Virus record (IMG/VR): IMGVR_UViG_3300017774_006254
Location: 97,503 to 161,502 of that record
Length of the DNA: 64,000 nt
Direction: 5' to 3' (one strand)
From: a virus
Part shown: positions 59,796 through 64,000 of the stretch, one piece after another
Layout of the letters: each line of letters begins with the position of its first letter
Position numbering within the stretch: the first letter of the stretch is position 1
The notes under the pieces: generated by a model
The model's database searches: none
Seen by the model: the letters and a program-made list of their open reading frames with translations, nothing else
What the model was told of the DNA's origin: nothing
Position numbers and translations under genes: made by a program

Positions 59796-60821
59796 TCAGC
59801 GTGCGTCGACGGTGAAGAGGTACTCGCTGTTTCGAAGTTCACCAACAGCTCCAACGATGCGACCCTGGGCGTTGTGAATGCCAATCTGCGCGCCGACGTA
59901 GCGCTTGTTGTCGAACACGTGAACGTTCACGGAGCCCTTCTTGCCAAGGATGTTGATGACGGTGTCGTAGGACAAGAACCCGTCACTGCTGTACGAGACG
60001 ATGAGGCGCTTCGCAGGGATAGCCTGGATGAGGCTGTGGAACGCTGACTCGAACTTGGGCTTCGAATTGAAGTCGGAGCCGCGAGTCTTGCAGTCGACGC
60101 GCTTGCACGCGACTCCGTACACTTCGGGTTTGTCCCATCGAACGAGTGATTCCCAGATGTGGTAGTTGCCGAGGTACTTGTGCTGGTTGTACGGCGGGTC
60201 GACGTACGCCAGGTCCACGTCTTTGACCAGAGGCGACTTGAGAAGATCCATCGCGTCGCTCTCGAACGCGAGCCCAGGGCCGTGCTTCGATGGGAGCGAT
60301 ACCAGATCGGGCATCCTCAACTGAAGGTCGTTGTTCGACCGTGGCGCCCAGTTCTTCAGGTACGCCATCTGGATGCCGGTCGTGGAGTCGACTCTGTCGG
60401 CGGCTTCCATGAGCGACACGAGGATGACGGCCTTCATGATTGGCTTGAGGTTCATCTTCTCAATGGTTTCGCGGATTGCGTCAATGCGCTCTCCGTTCTT
60501 CGGCTGGAAGAAGCGGCTCTTGACGCAGAACGTTTCCGTGAAGTACCCGGCGCGGCCTGGGATGGCGTTGAGCGTGTCGATGATGCCGCGGGCTCGCTTC
60601 TCAACGGCGGATCCGTCTGCGGCGATGTAGCAGCGCGCAATCGCGGCGGCGTACGCGTTGTGATCGTTAGCGAGAACCTGGTATCCCTCCTGCTTGAGTG
60701 CGAGGCCGACTCGCGAGGTTCCAGAGAACAGGTCGAGCGTCGACTTCACCTCCGGCATCTTCTTCACAAGATCGACGATGGCTGAGACGAGAAGGCGCTT
60801 GCTTCCGATGTACTTGATCAT
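59796..60821 (-). CDS. DNA adenine methyltransferase (alpha order, D12/Dam-like)
   Basis: YIGSK, DLFSGT, YVDPPY. Confidence 0.92.
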   Translation of the reverse strand: MIKYIGSKRLLVSAIVDLVKKMPEVKSTLDLFSGTSRVGLALKQEGYQVLANDHNAYAAAIARCYIAADGSAVEKRARGIIDTLNAIPGRAGYFTETFCVKSRFFQPKNGERIDAIRETIEKMNLKPIMKAVILVSLMEAADRVDSTTGIQMAYLKNWAPRSNNDLQLRMPDLVSLPSKHGPGLAFESDAMDLLKSPLVKDVDLAYVDPPYNQHKYLGNYHIWESLVRWDKPEVYGVACKRVDCKTRGSDFNSKPKFESAFHSLIQAIPAKRLIVSYSSDGFLSYDTVINILGKKGSVNVHVFDNKRYVGAQIGIHNAQGRIVGAVGELRNSEYLFTVDAR

Positions 60822-61072
60822 GTTTTCTTTCGACGCGAGCGCCTACTTGCCCCGGCCTCTTCCCGGAGGGCTTTGCGCACCGCGGTCGCCGTGTCAATCG
60901 TGTCTGTAAGCCACTCCTCCCAATTGCGCTTCGTGTCCTCGCATTCCAGCAGAGCGGCATCGCGCTCGGCTGTGACCTTCTTTAGTTTTTCCTGAAGCTC
61001 TTTCGTAACTTTGGCTACTTCTTTATCGACAATGGCCAAGATCGATGCTTGCGCTTTTTCGAGATGGGTCAT
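60818..61072 (-). CDS. Coiled-coil hypothetical protein
   Basis: 84 aa, GAGGAG RBS. Confidence 0.6.
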   Translation of the reverse strand: MTHLEKAQASILAIVDKEVAKVTKELQEKLKKVTAERDAALLECEDTKRNWEEWLTDTIDTATAVRKALREEAGASRRSRRKKT

Positions 61073-61100
61073 CGGCTCCTCGCTGACATGTTGTGACTAC

Positions 61101-61511
61101 TCATCGTTTTCTCTTTCGACGTGAACGCTTGCTTGCTCGGATGAACGCACATCCAAGGAGGAAGCCGAGGCCGACGCCAACGCTGATAGCTGTGGCGACG
61201 GGAGATGGGGCGGAGATGTCTCCGATGCTTGGAAGTGGCGCAGGGTCAGGGGACGCGGCGTCCTGGAGCCTGTCCAGAGCCGCACGGGCTGCACGGGCTT
61301 GTGCTGCCTTGGTCGCCGCGGTCACGTTCTTGAATCGAACCTTCAGGCCGGGGTCTGACGCGGCGATTGACGTCTCAAGAAGAAGCCTGCGTCCGGAGAG
61401 CCTTGCGCGGCTGATGCCAGCGGCTGCTACGGTCATCTCGTTCTCACCGAAGGTGACCGTGGCTTTCGGAAAGATCAGCTCGGCGCTCTCTCTCAGAGCT
61501 GACTCGTTCAC
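61101..61511 (-). CDS. C-terminal TM protein with basic tail
   Basis: TM followed by RASKRSRRKRKR. Confidence 0.6.
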   Translation of the reverse strand: MNESALRESAELIFPKATVTFGENEMTVAAAGISRARLSGRRLLLETSIAASDPGLKVRFKNVTAATKAAQARAARAALDRLQDAASPDPAPLPSIGDISAPSPVATAISVGVGLGFLLGCAFIRASKRSRRKRKR

Positions 61512-62697
61512 AGCAAGTCTCTCCCGTTTTCTGTGATCTTCGGAATCGACACTCGTTCTCGAAGTCGTTCCAGCGCGAGCAGGGGGCGCTGCATGTCCTC
61601 CAGATCCTTGAATAGCCATTTGCCCGTGAAACGCCTGCCTTCTCTCACGCACTCGAACTCAGACCGGACTGAGTGCGCGGCGCTACGGCTACTCGCAGCG
61701 GCCTGAGCGACGAGGCCCATCTTGTTGAACCTCGTGATTGCGGCGGACGCAATCTCAAAAAGACGTGTGTGTTTCGTGGTTTCAAGGTCGGTCGCAGCAT
61801 TCCACGGCTTGAGCTGGAGCTTCTGGAGCGCGGCGACATCGATCAGAACCTGACGCTCAAGCGCTTGACGGTACTTCGTCACTTGGGCGAACACTTTGGC
61901 CGGGTTGCGGTTCATTGTGACGAGAACTTTCTGCGCATGCGCACATCCCCCACAAGAAGCACCGCGTAGAGCGAGCTACTGTCGTCCACGATGAACTCGC
62001 CAACAAACTGCGGGTGAGGCTTGTACGCGATGCGCTCGGAGTAGTGGGCCACGATGTGTGGCAGATGCACCTTGTAGAGGAAGATGACCCCGTCTCCGGT
62101 AGACGTTCCGAGTCGGAACGGAGAGGATTCAGACCCGTCAGTCTCCTCAACGCGGTGCACGTGTACGTCCCGTCCTACCGCCTCTCCGTAGATGTGGCTG
62201 ATGAATTCTTCGCGGGTCATCGTCACGTTTCGCATGTCCGGATAGTGCGTCTACGCCAATCTCCTGTCAACAAACTTTCGACACACCAGCGAGCGCTAGT
62301 TCAAGCACACAGAATTCGGAAGCGGCGCGAATCCCTCGCTCAGAAGTTTCGAAACCAGAAGGAGCTTCAGGTTCCCGCTGAGCACCTCGTGGTACTTAAC
62401 AAGTAGCTCCTCTTCGCCGAGGGCTCCGCTTTGAAGCTCCGCGCAGAAGTGCGTCCACTCAAGCTTGAAATCGGACATGGTTTTTGTCCCGAGAGGAGCC
62501 CGCTGCGGAACAACGAACTTCTTTTCGCCGATCTTGAGCATCACGGAAACAAACAGTTCCTGGTCATACTCGGTTCGGGCGCCAGGGGTGAAGTCCACGA
62601 AGACGAAGATGTTGTCCGATCGAAACCCGAGGCGACGGAGCGCTTCTTGCCACGCCCAGCAATGAATACAGGCGGAGCTGTACGCTGAGACGCTCAT
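61508..62697 (-). CDS. Hypothetical ORFs (61508-61915, 61912-62235, 62296-62697)
   Basis: Consecutive - strand ORFs. Confidence 0.55.
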
Positions 62698-63167
62698 TTC
62701 ATCACCAGGTAGGCCATGGCCTTGATGTACTTGGCCGCACGATCGTAGTCCTCCGGGGTGGGACAAGGGATGCGGCTCATGTCTGAGTTGTCGTACAGGT
62801 CGGCCGACTTCACCAGGCGCCCGATGGGATTCTCGGCGCACCGTCGGATGAAGTCGTCATACTCCTCACCTGCGCGTCGAGTCACGGACAGCAAGGCGTC
62901 AACCGTGCTGTGAGGCACTGAAAGAACGCAGCTTCGGCGCCCCGTGCTCAACTCGAAGATCCCGCCGAGGTGGTTCACCTCGTACTTATCAGGATGATCT
63001 TCGATGACGTCATGAAGCACGGCTACCACCATGGCTTCGTAGCTCGTCTGCGCGAGCATCACGCGGAGTGGATGCAGGATGTAGGGATTGCCGCCCTTGT
63101 CGACGTCGAGCGCGTGAGCTTCGCAAGCGAGAGCGATCGCCTTCGGGAGCGTTTGTTCGTGTGACAT
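62694..63167 (-). CDS. HD-domain hydrolase (SpoT/Mesh1-like small alarmone hydrolase candidate)
   Basis: AH..DKGGNPYILHPLRV..LHDVIED..VKSADLYDN. Confidence 0.8.
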   Translation of the reverse strand: MSHEQTLPKAIALACEAHALDVDKGGNPYILHPLRVMLAQTSYEAMVVAVLHDVIEDHPDKYEVNHLGGIFELSTGRRSCVLSVPHSTVDALLSVTRRAGEEYDDFIRRCAENPIGRLVKSADLYDNSDMSRIPCPTPEDYDRAAKYIKAMAYLVMK

Positions 63168-63169
63168 GG

Positions 63170-63865
63170 CTAGACACCCTCGATGACGATTGCGTGATTC
63201 AGCAGCAGGACTTCGCCGTTCCCGCGAACCAAGTGAACTTCCCCGCCCTTCTTAATCTCAGAGACCAGAAGAGAGAACACGCCGACCGCCTTTCTGACCA
63301 CCTCGGTATTGGAGACGGCGTCAGTCTGCCGACGCAGCTCGCTGAGCCGAGCAAACGACTCTGGCGTGAGCTTGCATTCGAACCGCACGAGTTCTTGCTC
63401 CTTCGGCTTCTGTGCACGAGCGGACGGGCGCCGAGGAGGGAAAGGCAGGACAGCTGACGGCTTTTCCGCGGTGACGTCAGTCTCGGTGACGAAGCCATGG
63501 TAGCTGGCATCAGAAGGCTCTTCCGGGGTGCTCATGCCCACAACCTTGCCCGTGTCGATCGCGTTGCACACCGTATCCCACTGAGCCTGCGTGAAGCCTG
63601 GCGGAGGGGTTTCTTTTGAGACTTCGTCGTCCACAGTCGAGACATCCTCTGAAGGCTTGTACTCGCTCTCGCGAGTCACCATGTGCGCGTCGAATTTGTA
63701 GTTGATGCCATCGCCGATGATGTCGATCATAGGATCGCCACTCGCATTGAAATACTGAATGGTGCCACGGTAGACACAGCTGTCTCCAGGCTTGGTAGCG
63801 ACAACTCTGACGCCGACAGCCAGACCCCTGCGATGCGACTCGTTGGACCGGTTTTCATCACTCAT
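63170..63865 (-). CDS. Hypothetical protein with C-terminal RHH-like domain
   Basis: RFECKL....LSELRR....NTEVVRKA. Confidence 0.6.
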   Translation of the reverse strand: MSDENRSNESHRRGLAVGVRVVATKPGDSCVYRGTIQYFNASGDPMIDIIGDGINYKFDAHMVTRESEYKPSEDVSTVDDEVSKETPPPGFTQAQWDTVCNAIDTGKVVGMSTPEEPSDASYHGFVTETDVTAEKPSAVLPFPPRRPSARAQKPKEQELVRFECKLTPESFARLSELRRQTDAVSNTEVVRKAVGVFSLLVSEIKKGGEVHLVRGNGEVLLLNHAIVIEGV

Positions 63866-64000
63866 TCGAACCTCTGTGGCGTGTAAGTCTTGATGAACTC
63901 CAGGAAGTTCTTCAATGCGGCATCGCCACCGACGACATCAGCGTCGATTCCCCTGGCCCCTGCATCGAAGTCGGCCGCCGCGATGAGCAGGTGCGCGAAC

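Noticed and set aside
1-64000. Stop-codon recoding, DGR or retron
   Set aside because: Known-family genes are intact in code 11 and end at ordinary stops; no reverse transcriptase or TR/VR pair seen

Overview
GC-rich (~60%), gene-dense segment of what is most likely a large bacterial virus or provirus: short, tightly overlapping ORFs, no host housekeeping operons, and no recognisable capsid, terminase or portal gene in this window. The left ~29.6 kb is mostly + strand. It encodes a tyrosine recombinase, tRNA-Arg, a LexA-like regulator, two kinase-like proteins, a phosphatase, glycosyltransferases, a tmRNA, and a family of probable virion/membrane proteins with shared short motifs. The right ~34 kb is almost all - strand. 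It encodes a UvrD helicase, tRNA-Lys, a 1594-aa repeat protein, a second phosphatase, a NUDIX hydrolase, a DNA adenine MTase, an HD hydrolase and many small unknowns. Most unusual signals: (1) a ~2.1 kb array (46180-48288) of about 38 degenerate but covarying hairpins at ~40-50 nt period, with short, mostly unique spacers and two embedded small ORFs; (2) a set of tRNA-mimic RNAs: two circularly permuted (Y RNA/YrlA-like) domains, a 62-nt mini tmRNA-like RNA, and a tRNA-Ser-like RNA with no normal anticodon loop; (3) a protein motif grammar (MSY start, [GS][LM]G[QEA], hydrophobic-x-x-N before Arg-rich or RRTS tails) suggesting a processing/targeting and phosphorylation system; (4) a candidate ~640-nt structured ncRNA upstream of the tmRNA; (5) a palindromic TGTCnGACA operator at many promoters. 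All family assignments come from reading motifs by eye; no database searches were run.
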